Below, in pieces: positions 1 to 13,056 of a DNA stretch of 64,000 bases (the first letter of the stretch is position 1; every line of letters begins with the position of its first letter). The translations under genes were made by a program, and so were the position numbers. The stretch comes from Sphaerodactylus townsendi. Lineage: Eukaryota. Where the stretch lies: the NCBI RefSeq assembly GCF_021028975.2, contig NC_059431.1, forward strand, positions 37,696,001-37,760,000, in the 5' to 3' direction. A model generated the notes under the pieces. It ran no database searches. It worked only from the letters and a program-made list of their open reading frames with translations, and had not been told where the DNA came from.

Positions 1-1447
1 TTCCTGACAGAAAGATAAGGGGTTATTAGGGTGTTCCCTTCAGAGCAGCTCCTCTGTCTAACTGAAAAGTGCCCTTGAGCAACAAAAATATTTAGATTAA
101 TAAAATGATAAATGTGGGAAAACTTAGAGTGATGCAGACTCTCAAACACCCTCTCCACATTACAAAAAGTCTGTTCTGACAGAGGGAAAGACAAAAAAGA
201 AAGCTGTGCAGTCAGAGCTGTACTATAGGAGTTTTTTTGGGGGGGGAGGAAAAATCCCCACAAGGCACTGAGCAGTGGGCAGGCACTTTAGGGCAACCTC
301 CTTTCGTATGGGTGAATGTGATAACTGTCTTGACATTTAACTAAAATTATTTTCACTATTAGGTGGAACATGTCAGACTTTATATTTAATCTTTCCCTTC
401 CTGCTGCTCTGAAAAAACAAAATGAAGTTGAAAGTACCATCCTTTTGTATACCACTACTTTAAAAGAAATAAAAACTGAAGTAGAAGATCATTTTCATTA
501 TCTCACTCTTACACAAATATCTCAGCTCTTTGTAGTCTTCCAAACCCAAATGTATAGAATTTCACCCAGTCACAGCAAGCCAGCAACCTATTCAGTGAAA
601 ATGGACAAAGGAAGCACTTTCATTACCTAATTTCAATACAGGTTTAATTGTGTTTCCCATGAAAGGTATACTAATAAGGCAGGAGTTTCTCTCACAGAAG
701 GAACTCCCAAGAGAGAGATCTATATGTGTACCGCATTCAAAACCAACCATGACTCAGTTCTAACAAATAATCTTTTTCTGTTTCATCACCAGAGCAATTA
801 ATATGATGAGACTGATTCTCACATATGTGCCTGTTCAGAAAACCAATTATAATAATATTTTATCTTTTTTTTTCCTCTTGGAATTTGACCCCTTTCCCAT
901 CTATTTCAGATTCCCAGCAACCTTATAAAGGAACTTTGTGCTGAAAAAGATACACTGGTCCTAAGTCACCTAGTGAGCTTCATGGCTGAGTAAAGATCTG
1001 AACTCACCCTCTTGTCCTTGATCAGCAACATGACCCCATGATAATGAAGGGAATATTTCTACAGGCCTACTTCAGTTATAGATTGCCAGCCTTTTATCAG
1101 TAACCACTAGTAGGGGCATAGAAAGGAGGCAGAGCATAGGGAGAGAATGACTGCATAAACACCATCTCACTTCTGGATGAGCACTCAGCAGTGATGCCAC
1201 GGCAGATACAGCCTCCATAATAAAAATGTCCACTCCACTATTCTCCCTTCCCCACTCTTCTCCATTGAGTGAGCACAGGAGATAAGAGTGGAAGGGTGGA
1301 AAGTTGCTTGCCATGATTGACAACTGGCAAGTGTATGTCTCGTTTAATTACATGGAGTCTAACTTCCAGGAAAGTGTTCTTATAACACCCACAGGCAATC
1401 TCACCAAATCACAACATCAGCAATGATGGATTCATAACAGGTGTATT

Positions 1448-1498
1448 CAGTGGTGGGATTCTACCGAACCTGTCCAAACCAGCTGAATCCCACCTCTG
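1448..1498. mobile_element. Short hAT-type MITE remnant (CAGTGGTGGGATTC...GAATCCCACCTCTG)
   Basis: Terminal inverted repeats; same family as 4142-4257 and ~9480-9557. Confidence 0.65.
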
Positions 1499-3169
1499 AG
1501 TGCATTGCATGTAATCCAGCTTGTGCTCCCATGCATGTAAAAAGTATGAAATTAAATATTTTAAAGCATAGTTTGTGATATAAACCTTTGCTGAAAAACC
1601 AAAATATTGTATGTGCATTTCCATAATTTTGAGGCAATCATAAATAACCAGCTCTTGGCTAATCTAAACACAAACACAAATTTTTAACAGATTATCTGAA
1701 TGAGTAAGGCTAAATGCTACTACTGGTTTGAGGAAAGCTCCTCCCTCTGACACAAGCTAAAAGTTCAAAGAATCCAGCTCTGTCTTACTTCTGAATATGG
1801 GCTTTCCTGCATAAGGCTTTTTAGTTGGTTCTGGGCCCATACTGCTTTGTTTTTGTGCAGATGTGTGCATTTTTGCACACATTTTTATCCCTTTAGTTTT
1901 CACTTCAGGTTTTTGTTTGTTTTTTCAGTTTTTTTCCCAGTTCTTCAGGGACAACATTGAACCTGATATTTTTCTGAAAGCTAATTTTGAGTCAGTTTTT
2001 CCCTGTTGTATAATGCGTCGTCTGTTTTCTTTGCACCACCCACTCCAACCCATCTCCTGTCCATTGTTTGATGATGGGTGGGGGGTGTCAAACCACACCC
2101 TCTCCTTCCCCCTACGCTGAAGACAAATTATTTCTTTTTCACTTTTTAAAGAACAGCACTAAAATAGCATTGTATTGCTGAAACTTAGGAGGTTCTCTGA
2201 ATTCCCAGCTTTCATTCTTTAAAAAGTAAGTCTCTAGCCTCTTCCTTTGCAGAGATATAGGGAAAGGGGCATATCTCCACAAGGGAATATGCTAGAGACT
2301 TACTTTTTAAAAAAAATGAAAATTGGCAATTCAAAGAACCTCCTTCACCTATTGTTACAACACTTCAAGGAGGTACTGTAACACCATCAATGACACCACC
2401 AATGACTTACAGCACTCTTCCCTTGAAAATCCTTATTATTGAAGGCACATGCAGAAGATTATAAACTGACTCTTCATCTGTGAAAATGCACAGGGAGGGC
2501 AGATGTGTAGAAGAACCATGCCCAAAACAATTCCAGCACTTGTGGATTGACTCCTAAGAAAATCAGGAGTAAGTCAGGCATGTGGAAGAGCCATGTGTGT
2601 GCTTAGGACTGTAGCTTTTAAGACTCTGGTAAAAAACCGAAGCCTTTGGGTTTTTACCTTTCACAAAAATATAAGACTTTGTGGGTGAATATCTTTTTTT
2701 TTAAGTACACAAAGCAATGGGCAATGATCAAATTGTAATTTCAAATGTTCTATGCCACCCCAAATTATGTCCTATGCCAACACAAATGTGATCTTCCTGA
2801 GTGTGACATCTAGAACTAATGACGAGGAGAAAGGGGGATCATTGGAATTTTCAGTGAAAATATTTCTTCTCTTGAATTGAAACTGTTTTCGTGGCACAGT
2901 TATCTCCCAAGTGCTGCCAACTAAAGGAAAGCACAGTAATCTGGTTGGCACACTGTGGAAATCTATCTACTGCAGAAATGTGGTCCACAATCTGCATAAA
3001 GCCACTGTTGCTATAATAGCTCACAATGGAGAGAAGCATTCAACAGCTTAAAGTCTCAGCGGAATAAGGAACCGAATTTTTGTTTCTTTGTGCTGCCTTT
3101 CAGTTAAGATCCTATTCAAAACAACAGAAAAGACCTTTGAGGGCAGAAGCCTAATGTTGTAGAACTTAC

Positions 3170-3202
3170 ATAAAGAGGTACTTCAGTGCAGCTCAATTCC
3201 AT
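3170..3202 (-). CDS. ARHGEF28: Rho guanine nucleotide exchange factor 28 (RGNEF), first coding exon (exon 3170-3213); gene continues beyond the window start
   Basis: Minus strand reads tttgtag|ATGCTGTAACG ATG GAA TTG AGC TGC ACT GAA GTA CCT CTT TAT|gtaagt = MELSCTEVPLY, matching the ARHGEF28 N-terminus (human MELSCSEAPLY). Canonical AG/GT sites; synteny with UTP15/ANKRA2/BTF3. Confidence 0.9.
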
Positions 3203-4141
3203 CGTTACAGCATCTACAAACAGAGTAAACCAAAGTAATTATCACACACTCAATTGCGAGGCATTGACACTATTCTGTCAGCTATTCAGAGGCCTATACT
3301 GAACCCATCACCATGGAATCTGAATGGCTCCCAAAGCAATTTCCTAGGATCTCCAAAAAGCCATTGCTTTTTATAAATTACTCAATAACAAAAGGAACAT
3401 GGCAGGTGAAAAGGTGAAACTGTGGGGGGAAAGTAATGCTGCTGGCCAATTAAAGAATAACTGTTTAAATTTACATATATTTGCATATCATCAAAACCTT
3501 CCTACTGGGTCCAGCAGCCTTCAAAAATACAGCTGCAACCTCTTAATTTGCAGCCCTACCAATTAAGATTTGCCTTCACCAATTAAACAACTAAAGTTTT
3601 AGTTGATTAACCAGCTAATTAAAGTGTGCAACTTGGGGGGGGGGGGGAGGGGGAGTATGGCATTTCTTTCCATGAGTTTTTTCATTGCAACAACATTTGT
3701 AATATAAACAAGCCAATGAGTAGTTTAACAAGCTAAAAATAAAAGAACAATCAGCTGATTAAAACTTACTGTTCGTTCACAGTTGAGAAAGCAAGGGCAA
3801 ACTAATATTGATCTTGGTATTCTTCAGACTTAATTTGTTTACTGAAAATATTTATGCAAAACCTCAGCCACTGGCAGCTTCAGTAACTATAAACAGAGAT
3901 ATGCACTTCGCTCTCTGTTCATTATAAAGCATAATCTTACAAAAAACTGGAGCAAGCAACAAGCATTTAGAAGAAATGAAGAGTCTGTGCTTGCGTAATA
4001 AATAGCGTAACAAAAGTCCCACTTCTTCCACATTCCCAAGATACTCAATTCCACTCTCACCTGGGTTGTACTGACTACACCAGAAGCTCTTTGTTTGCCA
4101 GAATCCCAGGACTGGGAAGAGGCCAAGGAAAGACCCCTGCC

Positions 4142-4257
4142 CAGTGGTGGGATTCAAATAATTTAACAACCGGTTCTGGTGGTGGGATTCAAATGCAAGT
4201 ACCATTTTAACAACCGGTTCTGCCAAAGTGGTGCGAACCTGTTGAATCCCACCACTG
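4142..4257. mobile_element. hAT-type MITE
   Basis: TIRs CAGTGGTGGGATTCAA / TTGAATCCCACCACTG; perfect 8-bp TSD CCCCTGCC. Confidence 0.85.
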
Positions 4258-5216
4258 CCCCTGCCCCATTCCAGTCCTGCCCACCCAATAAAATGGGTAG
4301 GGAAGAAGGAAGATGACCTTCCTCAAAATATAAGGGACAAGTAAAGAGCAGACTTGCTGTGGCTTCCTATTGGCTCACACCTGTTCACATTGTACAATGT
4401 GGGGCTTTGCTTGAGGCAAGACCATCAGTGCCTCCGGCCCATTTTGCAAGGGACTGCCCTCGTAGGGGAGAGGTCATCAGTCATTGGTCCACTGGGACTT
4501 TCCCAGAATCCTTAATAGCAAACCTGCCCCATCAGCAAACCTATTCACCAGTGCTCAGTTTCACACATTCTTCTGCTGCTTGATATGGTAAGCTGAAGCA
4601 ATTCTGTGCTCCAAAATGCTCAAAGCAAACGTGCTCAAGAGATGATGTTACTGGGATGAGAGAAAAAGTATTGAGCACATGGCCTAAAGGAAAATAGATC
4701 CAGCTGAGCTCAAAGGAATTCCTGCAGTAAATAGGGTAATAACAGGAAACCAGTAGAAGGGGTTTCTACCCTTTACAATAGCAAACTCCTTGCTAGTTGG
4801 GATGATTTTGAATAAAAAGCATGATGGAGCTGTTATGTGTTCAACATAACATCCAAAGCAGTACATAAAACATCCCTTACAAGGAGTACAGGTAAAAGAA
4901 AACAGATTCCCAAGGTGGTTTACAATTGAAGACCATAGAACCCACAGCAATTAAACATAAACTATTGAAAAAAGCATTCCTTTTTTCAATGAACCAAAAT
5001 AAACCACCACAACAGATCATAAGCTAGTCAGCCAAAAGAACAGACAGTACCGACCATTGTTTAAAGGTCAGTCAGCATCATAATCAAAACCAATACAGAA
5101 CAAAAATAAAGTTTTTTTTAAAGACTAAGGACTGAGGTATAAAACAAAAAAAAAGATCAAGAATAAAGGTGGGCCTGAATGTTTTTTAAAACTGCCACAG
5201 AAAAATGTCCCTAGAG

Positions 5217-5349
5217 CAGAGGTGTCCAACTCTTGTGTTTCAGATGTTCATGGACTACAGTTTACATCAGCCCCAATTGGCCATGCCAGCAGGGGCTGAT
5301 GGGAATTGTAGTCCATGAACATCTGAAGTGCCAGAGTTGGACACCCATG
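5217..5349. mobile_element. hAT-type MITE (palindromic 'ggactacaattccc' family)
   Basis: Long imperfect inverted repeats; TSD CCCTAGAG/CCCTAGAA. Confidence 0.8.
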
Positions 5350-6548
5350 CCCTAGAATGTTCAAGGTAGGAAACTCCCTCAGATTTCCTCCCAAGTCCAA
5401 AGAGCAATATTCCATAAAGAAGTGAACTGTGACCTGTAGATTTGGGAAGTATGTCTATTAAGACACCAGGCATGATCCAATTTGAATTATTTAAACTAGG
5501 AAACCCCATTTGCATTCCTTCCACCAAGCTATCCTCAAAAATATTTTATGAAAAAATAATTCAGAACCTATTCAAAACCTTGAGAATGCAAAAGTGGGTG
5601 AATGTGCAAAGAAAAAAATTCTCACAAAAACAGAACAAAAAAATACAAAGACCCTGTCCTAAAGGAGGCAGCCCTCATTCTGACACAAACTGCTGCTCAG
5701 GTTGAATGTTTCCCAAAGCCAACGTGCTTCTGTTATTCACAGGCTGCTATTTTATACCATGCTGTGTGCAATGAGTCAGAACCTGTTTAAACATTTCTCC
5801 TCTTGCAGATTCAGAATTTACCTGTACACAGTTTGTGCTACAACAGGACAAATCTGCTTTAACATATTCTGCATCACTAAGTTGTTTCACATCTTTTGTT
5901 TCCATCCATTCAGGGAAGCGAGTATGCTACATCATTTGGAGCACTGCATAAGCGTTCTTTTTACCATGAACATACTAGTTGGGTGGCTTATAAACCACAA
6001 TTACCCATTCAGAACCCATGCTGTGAGAAAACACTGCAGAACCTGACATCTGAATGAAACCCTGTGAAGAACACTGACAGAACTCACTAACAATATTTAT
6101 CAGACCATATTCAAGTTGCTCGGTATCAAAACTCCTTTTCCTTTGTTTAAGCCACAGAACACACACATCAGAAAACTTGCATTATTTATTTATATGCTTA
6201 TGACAGGGGGCTGGTGACCCTCCAGGAAAGGGGAAGTGGAGCAGTTGCTGACACGGCTTCTCTACACACATTTGACATTCAAATGGTGAGTCTGGATGGC
6301 ATCAGGAACAAGGCAGTTATATATGACTGTAGGGATTGTGAAATGAAAAAAAGGGATTGATCCTCAACATGTTCAGCCAGAAGTAAACAGTTCAAGGGGA
6401 TTTATGGCCTGACAGATTTGCTTAAGACTGTATCCTCAGGCCAGGATCACAAAGGCCTCAGGGAACTCCAATGCAGAGATAAGAGGCTGTCTCACTTTAG
6501 ACCGCTGGTGGAGGATCATAGAGGAGAACATTTTGAAATGCTCCCCTA

Positions 6549-6705
6549 CAGAGCCGTAGCAAGGTGGAACTGCGGCCAGGGCATAGGTGTGCCCTGCGCC
6601 CCTGCCACGCCCCCACCATACCCTGGAGTGTCCCGCACCACCCCCACACCTGCGCACGCCTGGTGCAAGATGCCCCCCCCCCGCCCCCTGGGCATTATGT
6701 CACTG
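6549..6705. mobile_element. GC-rich hAT-type MITE
   Basis: CAG...CTG termini; perfect 8-bp TSD CTCCCCTA (6541-6548, 6706-6713). Confidence 0.75.
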
Positions 6706-9700
6706 CTCCCCTATATCAAAAATGTCTTGCAAACACAAAAGCAGAACAACAAACCAAAAGGGGGTGGAACCTTTCCTTTTGGGCTATTTTTCCTGTTTAT
6801 ATCGCTTTTTTTTTTGCAAAAAAAATTTCAGAGCCAAAATTTTTAACTTGAAGTTTGAAGAAGTAAAGCCCATTCTGACATCTTATTGCCACACTCCTTT
6901 CTCCTGCATGAGTCAACCACACCAACAGCTCTCTCCAAAATGATCCAGTGCATGTTGATTTGACAGCCACAAGGATGAACTGGGACTTTTTCTCCAAGTG
7001 CTCCCGGAAATTTCTGTGGAAGAAATCTCCCTGAAAGACCCCTGGAGAAACCCTGACACCTTCCACGTAAAAGGATAGCAGGATTCTTTTTAAACAATTA
7101 TTTCCTTTAAGCGAGTCTCGATTGAAGTTGCGCATTAATAATGGTATTTCCTGAAAGGGACGTGCAACAGAACACATAATTGATCTTCTTTGGCTTCTAG
7201 CTGTTGTATAAGACCTTGTATTTATCCAAAGAAAAATATGCAGTGTTGATCTAGACGAAGTTTGAAAACATTTACAGGAGAAAATGTAGAGACAGGATGA
7301 GACAAAGCTAAAGTCCTCTACAGAGGCAACTCAAGCAAGATGAAAGACCTTCCTGCAACACTATCTCCCCCACCCACCAGCCCAGACTCTCCCCCCCCCA
7401 AAAAAAGAGGGGGTACAGACTATCACTGGGAGAAGAAATATTCTAAAAAGCAGGTGAGGGGAAGGCAGAGCAAGAGCTATCTACCCATGATGTTACTTAA
7501 ATCCTCTACCACCATTTCATAGGAATTTCTCAGCAGCCCGAATTTTGTACACGATTGCTCTTACATCAAGCCTGGCCCTAAGATATTTAATTAACGAGGG
7601 GCGAAAACTATACAATGGAAATATGATGAACACGTGAAGCTGTCTTATTCCACATCAGGTCCTTGTTCCATTCTGCTCAGTACTGTCTACTGTGGCCAAC
7701 AGCAGGCCTCCAGTGTCTGAGACAAAGGTCTTTCATATCACTCACTAATGGCTGAAGATTGACCCTGGGACTTTCTGCAGAAAAAGCAGAAGCTCTACTG
7801 CTGAATCATGACCTCTCCCCTAAACAATGGGATTGGCTTCAACAGAGCCAGGACCATCCTACAAAATAGGTAGCTGTTTCTCGATGGGCATTCCCTTTAG
7901 ACTCAAAAGTAAGGCTTCCTGGCCTCTTATGAAGTCTCCTCCTTCAGTGAGATGAAGAAAAGTCAGGGCTGGTTTTTGGCGTTGAGGATAAGAAGAAGAA
8001 AGTGGCTCCAAGAAACCCATTGGTGGGCACCATAAAAACCACAGGGGCTAATGTAGGGCCACTGCTGTACCAGGCTACTAGTTCAGCTGATATAGCATCA
8101 ACTCCTTACCTGGCCTCTGAGCCCTTTATATTTTACTAGCCTTCTTCTAGTCTACCTGGGAGCGGCAGGACCTACCAGTTTTTCCCCAAGGTCCACAATT
8201 GAAGCCCTACCTGTGCCTGATGAGATGCTTCAGCTCTTTGACTGGGGAGCAAATTCAGATCAAGGCCTGTCTTTATTGTGTGCCTTGATTTATTATCCTC
8301 TCTGCAGACAAGACAGGCATTGGGTTGCAAGTCTGAAGAACTCTGCACTTTCTAGAGACAATCAATGCTGGTAAATACTGTATCAACCTCTCTGGTAGGC
8401 TTTTGGGTTTCCACATCAAGCAAGTTTCCTACTGCTGTTCCCGTAAGTCTACAAAAAAGTGTATTGTGCCTTGATACTAAACGGGAATTGCTTTAATGGG
8501 GAAAAGGCTTTTGTTAACACACCATTAAAAGTAATCAGATGTAGCAAAGTACACAAGTGCCATAAAGCTTGGCAAGGCAATCTTTGGACATACAGATTAG
8601 CTTTATTTATCCTTTCTCTTTCCCCCTCAAAAATATTTACGCTGCTATTGTTTGGAGTTCTGTAACACCTGCCAGCAGCTTTGTAAGCCCAAAGAGAAAA
8701 AAATACATTTGGCACAACACCACAGAGAAGGCAGAATAATTTCAGAATTTATTGATGTCTGGATTGCTACTCAACAAAATATGCACAAGGCAGTACACAA
8801 AAAGAGGAGGGTGGGTAAGCTGGATCCAGGTCCCATAGTAAACCATAGCTTGTTTGAACAGTGATTTGTGCCACAAGTTGCGGTTACTCTGCCAGACAGA
8901 AGTAAAAGATCCCAGTTTGTCTCCTTCTTGGCTTCTCTTTGCCTCACCGCAGTGAAGACTTCCTTCCTACATTGCTATTCCTATGACCGCTTGGGGGCAG
9001 TTCCACTCACCAAAATGTTGCTTTGATGTTTGTAAATGTAACATGCTACAATTGATGCTTGCAACATGCTATAATAGGTACAACAACACCCTAGTTTACA
9101 ATCCCTGTTTCACTGGCAGCTAATAAGCTCTGATTTGTTGAACTATCTGCATCAAGACATCAAAGCCAGCTGGGGATTGTTCAAAGATCTGTTTGCTGAG
9201 ATATCTGGATACTGCCACAGCCAACCCACCCTAGACACTTTTTTTGGTTACTTGGTCGCATGAAGTAAAATAGTTGTTTAAAGATTAAGCTTGTATTAAC
9301 CAAAACCAAGATTCAAAAAGTTAATTCAGACAAAATGAAGAGAATGGGCAGGCCAAAGGGATTTTTTACTTTGTTTTCTTTGAGCAGCAGACCTCTCCTT
9401 TCAGTTCTGCGTCACTGTTTGCTTTTGATAGCCCCCTTGTGGGCGGGGAGCAAAACCATAAAGGACTAGGGGAACAGGTGCACCACTCCAGCAGAACCGG
9501 TTGTTAAAATGGTGCTTGTAATCAACCAGTTGTTAAATTATTTGAATCCCACCACTGGGTGTCTGCTATTTGAGGTTATGTTTGAGAAACAGAAGGGATA
9601 TTCTGGCAGGCTGAACATGGCTGACACTAGATTTTCAAAGGAGTAATTTAAGATTGTGGAGGGTGAAAATAGATGTGTTCAAAAGTAGAAAGTACTTTGC

Positions 9701-9711
9701 ATATTTATTTG

Positions 9712-9975
9712 CTTTATTTATATCATGCCTTTCACCCCAATGGGGACCCAAGTTACTTCCATAATCCTCCTCTCCTTTTTATCCACATAACAACCTTGTG
9801 AGGTTGTGCAAAGAATGTATGATTGCCCAAGGTCACCCAGCAAGCTACCATGGCATGTGTGGGGATTCAAACGTGGATCTTCAGCCTGAAGGGGTTTGTA
9901 GTCCATGAACATCTGGAGAGCCGCACGTTGCAGACCCCTGACCTAGCCCAACACTTTAACCATTACACCACGCGG
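9712..9975 (-). mobile_element. tRNA-derived SINE remnant interrupted by a half-MITE
   Basis: - strand shows a tRNA-like head (gcgtggtgtaatggttaaagtgttgggctagg, gtttgaatcccc), the 'gggtgaccttgggcaa' core and an A-rich tail. Confidence 0.6.
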
Positions 9976-11556
9976 GCATATGTTGTCTGTTTCTCATTTA
10001 TACTTCATATTTACTATTATAACAATGCTGCCAGCTCAAGTCAATCAGGAACCTTTTTAATACAAAGAGGCTTGTGCCTTCGGCAAGTACAGCTTGGCCA
10101 GAAGACCATTTAAGTGTTTATTTAAAAAGCAGCCCTAGGGTCTGGAATCAGAAAACTGTCCCACCTTACAGCTGTTCCTCAGTCATTATAAAATGTTCCA
10201 CGAGGCATTGAGCGGTTACCAGGGTTAAAACTCAAGGACAAACCACTTGTTTTATCAAATATTGCCAAGCGAAAGAACCATAAACAGATACAAGAACAGT
10301 ATCATCCACTCACAGAAGAATTTACAGCAAAGGTTTCATCATTCAGTCTTGTGTCTGATTTTTATAAAGGGCAGAGTGGCAACATATGAACATGTGGAGC
10401 CACCTTAAGCTGAATTAGACCATCCGTCTGTCAAGATCCATACTGCCTACTCAGATAGGCAGCAGGCCTTCAAGGTCTCGGGTAAAGTAACATCCAATGT
10501 CATGTTAAGAACAGAATTCAGTTCTCAGATTCCGGGGTTGTGATGATTGTTGTTGTTTTTAAAGCACATTTCTAGGCCTTGCGACTAAAAATATGTAGTC
10601 AGCGACAGGGATCCTGATTAGTGCTCACACTGAAGTGCTCGTGGACGTAAACTTTCATCTCTGTGGCTTCTGTGCAGTCCCACACAGAACCACCCGTGCA
10701 TGGAGCCATGGAAGTGACCGTTTCAAAAGTTTTCTAGCCCTTTCTAAGACACTCAGAGTGCTTCTCCTCCCCTCAGTGCGTGCTGGCATTTCTCGACCAA
10801 ACCAGGGCTTGATGGAGTCTGGGAGAGAACTCTTCCCATCTTCCTTCACCACAACAGAGGTAAGATTATTCTCATTGCTTTCCTGATGTTTTACCTCAGA
10901 GTTCTTTCTTTGACAGAAGATACTCTACTTCCACAATAGTATGGCACTTTTCCAAAAATGTTCACTACCGTTTAAAAAAAAAGACCCAATCTGATGATCA
11001 TGAATTGAACCTTATACGTTTGGGAGAGTCCCGTAATGTTGGAGCTTGTAATGTTTGCTGCCAAGAGAGGGCTACATCTGGGTAAAGACAACTTTACCCA
11101 GATCTTCACATCTTTACACTGTCTGTTGTGCTCCACACTGCTATTACTGTTGGGGAAAGAGAAATACAAAGGGAAAGGACATCGGGATGCTGGAGGAGTT
11201 GTACTAGTCATTATGGAGTAGAAGATAGGAACACAGCTACCATTTTCTCTGTCAGCCTCATGTTTCTTTAACATGTAGTTTTTGCCTTTTTAAAAAAAGT
11301 TTAGGGATTCCCAGCATCAATGAAAATTAAAAGATAGAATTACTGGTTCTGAGCATGATGATAAAGTTTGCTGAGTTACAGATATAAAGATTCCTTCCCC
11401 CCCACACACACAGAGTAAATCAACATTAATATCAAAACCAAGTGAGATTTTATTAGTTCACAGGCTATCATCAATAATAAAGATCCTATAAACAGAACTT
11501 CACAGTTAGGTTGGTAATATGTAAAGTGGAAAGGACTCCAGAGCATTGTCCTACAG

Positions 11557-11728
11557 CAGTGGTGGCAAACCTTTGGCACTCCAGATGTTATGGACTACAA
11601 TTCCCATCAGCCCCTGCCAGCATGGCCAATTGATGTCTCTCACACTCCTTTCTCCAAAGTGGCAAACCAATTGGCTGATGGGAATTGTAGTCCATAACAT
11701 CTGGAGTGCCAAAGGTTCGCCACCACGG
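11557..11728. mobile_element. hAT-type MITE
   Basis: TIRs CAGTGGTGGCAAACCTTTGGCACTCCAGATG / its reverse complement; perfect TSD TCCTACAG. Confidence 0.88.
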
Positions 11729-12129
11729 TCCTACAGCCACATTGGCAGGAGCAAACCAGCAAAACATCATCATCTAGAAAAATTAGAGGTTCCCAAGTAT
11801 ATCAGTTTTTTCTCAAAAGCTGTAAAGGGGAAAAAAACAATATCTCAAAATTCATCCTCCCTGATTGCTGCAGTATTATAAGCAAATGAAACCTGTAATT
11901 TCTGAAAGTTCTCCATGCCCCACCTGGAGGCTGGCAACCCTACCCCTTTTTTCATTGAAAAATCTAAACACTTCCACATTTTCCTCATAAGCAAGGTACC
12001 CCAACTACCTAGTTCTCTTGGTTGGGCTGTTCTGCATTTCTCTCAGTGCTATGAGATACTTTTTGACATGGGGCGACCAGAACTACGGACTGTATTCAAC
12101 ATCTGGCTGGATTGTACGTTTATACAGCT

Positions 12130-12480
12130 GTTAGGGCTGTGCAGGACCTTGGTGAGTTCCGCAGAGCCTGCAAAACTGAGCTGTTCCACTGGGCCTTTGG
12201 GGAGGCTAGCCCCCTCCTGATGCCCCAAGTATTATCTGGTTTCCATCTGCGGCGATCTGCCAATCCCCTCCCATGGGGGCAGGAGGTAGGGAGTTTGGGG
12301 TTTGGACACCATCACCCAATATGGTTTATCTGAGTTATGATGCTGCTACTGTTTTAATGGATTTTAATGCACTTTTGATTTTATATTGTTGTATTATGTT
12401 TTATCACTACTTGTTGTTGGTTTTATTGTACATCACCCTGAGCCCTTCGGGAGTAGGGCAGTCTATTAAATTTAATAAGT
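12130..12480 (+). mobile_element. L2-like LINE 3' end
   Basis: 'ttccgcagagcctgcaaaactgagctgttccactgggcctttgg' ORF-end motif, T-rich 3' UTR and AT tail; similar segments at 36040-36490 and ~45900-46045. Confidence 0.6.
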
Positions 12481-12489
12481 TATTATTAT

Positions 12490-13012
12490 ACACATAACAA
12501 CACAGCACAAGTGTCTGGAATTCATCTCTGAATATCGAGTCCTTCCCAAGGACCTAGGATATTAGAGGTATTTGCGTAGAATGTGTGCAGTTCCTAGAAG
12601 TGCTGCTTTCTGCAGCATGTGGACTGATGTTCTGTCCAAGTTTAGGCTTTCCAGATGTTTTTCAAGATTTCTTGGGATTCCTCCTAGAGCACCGACTACT
12701 AGTGGGATTACTGTTGTTCTTTTTTGCCACAATCGTTCAACTTCAATTTGTAGGTCCTTGTATTTTGTGATCTTTTCCAGCTCTTTGTCCTCTACCCCGC
12801 TGTCAACTGGCACAGCAACATCTATGATCCAAACATGTTTTTTCTCTATCACTGTTATGTCTGGGGTGTTGTGTGCCAGGTGTCTGTCTGTTTGTATTCT
12901 AAAGTCCCAGAGTATTTTTGCTTCTTCATTTTCTGTGGTCTTCTCTGGCTTGTGCTCGTACCAGGTCTTGCTACAGGGCAGGCCGTACTTTTTGCAAAGG
13001 TTCCAGTGCAAA
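12490..13012 (-). mobile_element. 5'-truncated R4/Dong-clade non-LTR retrotransposon (restriction-like endonuclease C-terminus + 3' UTR)
   Basis: Open 149-aa frame 12562-13011 with ILWDFRIQTD, PDI, IIDVAVP, KITKY and VVGALG motifs; flanked by (TAA)n at the 3' end and (AAT)n(AAC)n at the 5' end. Confidence 0.85.
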
Positions 13013-13056
13013 GTTGTTGTTGTTGTTGTTGTTGTTGTTGTTATTATTATTATTAA
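13013..13056 (+). repeat. Compound microsatellite (GTT)n(ATT)n
   Basis: Directly visible. Confidence 0.95.
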
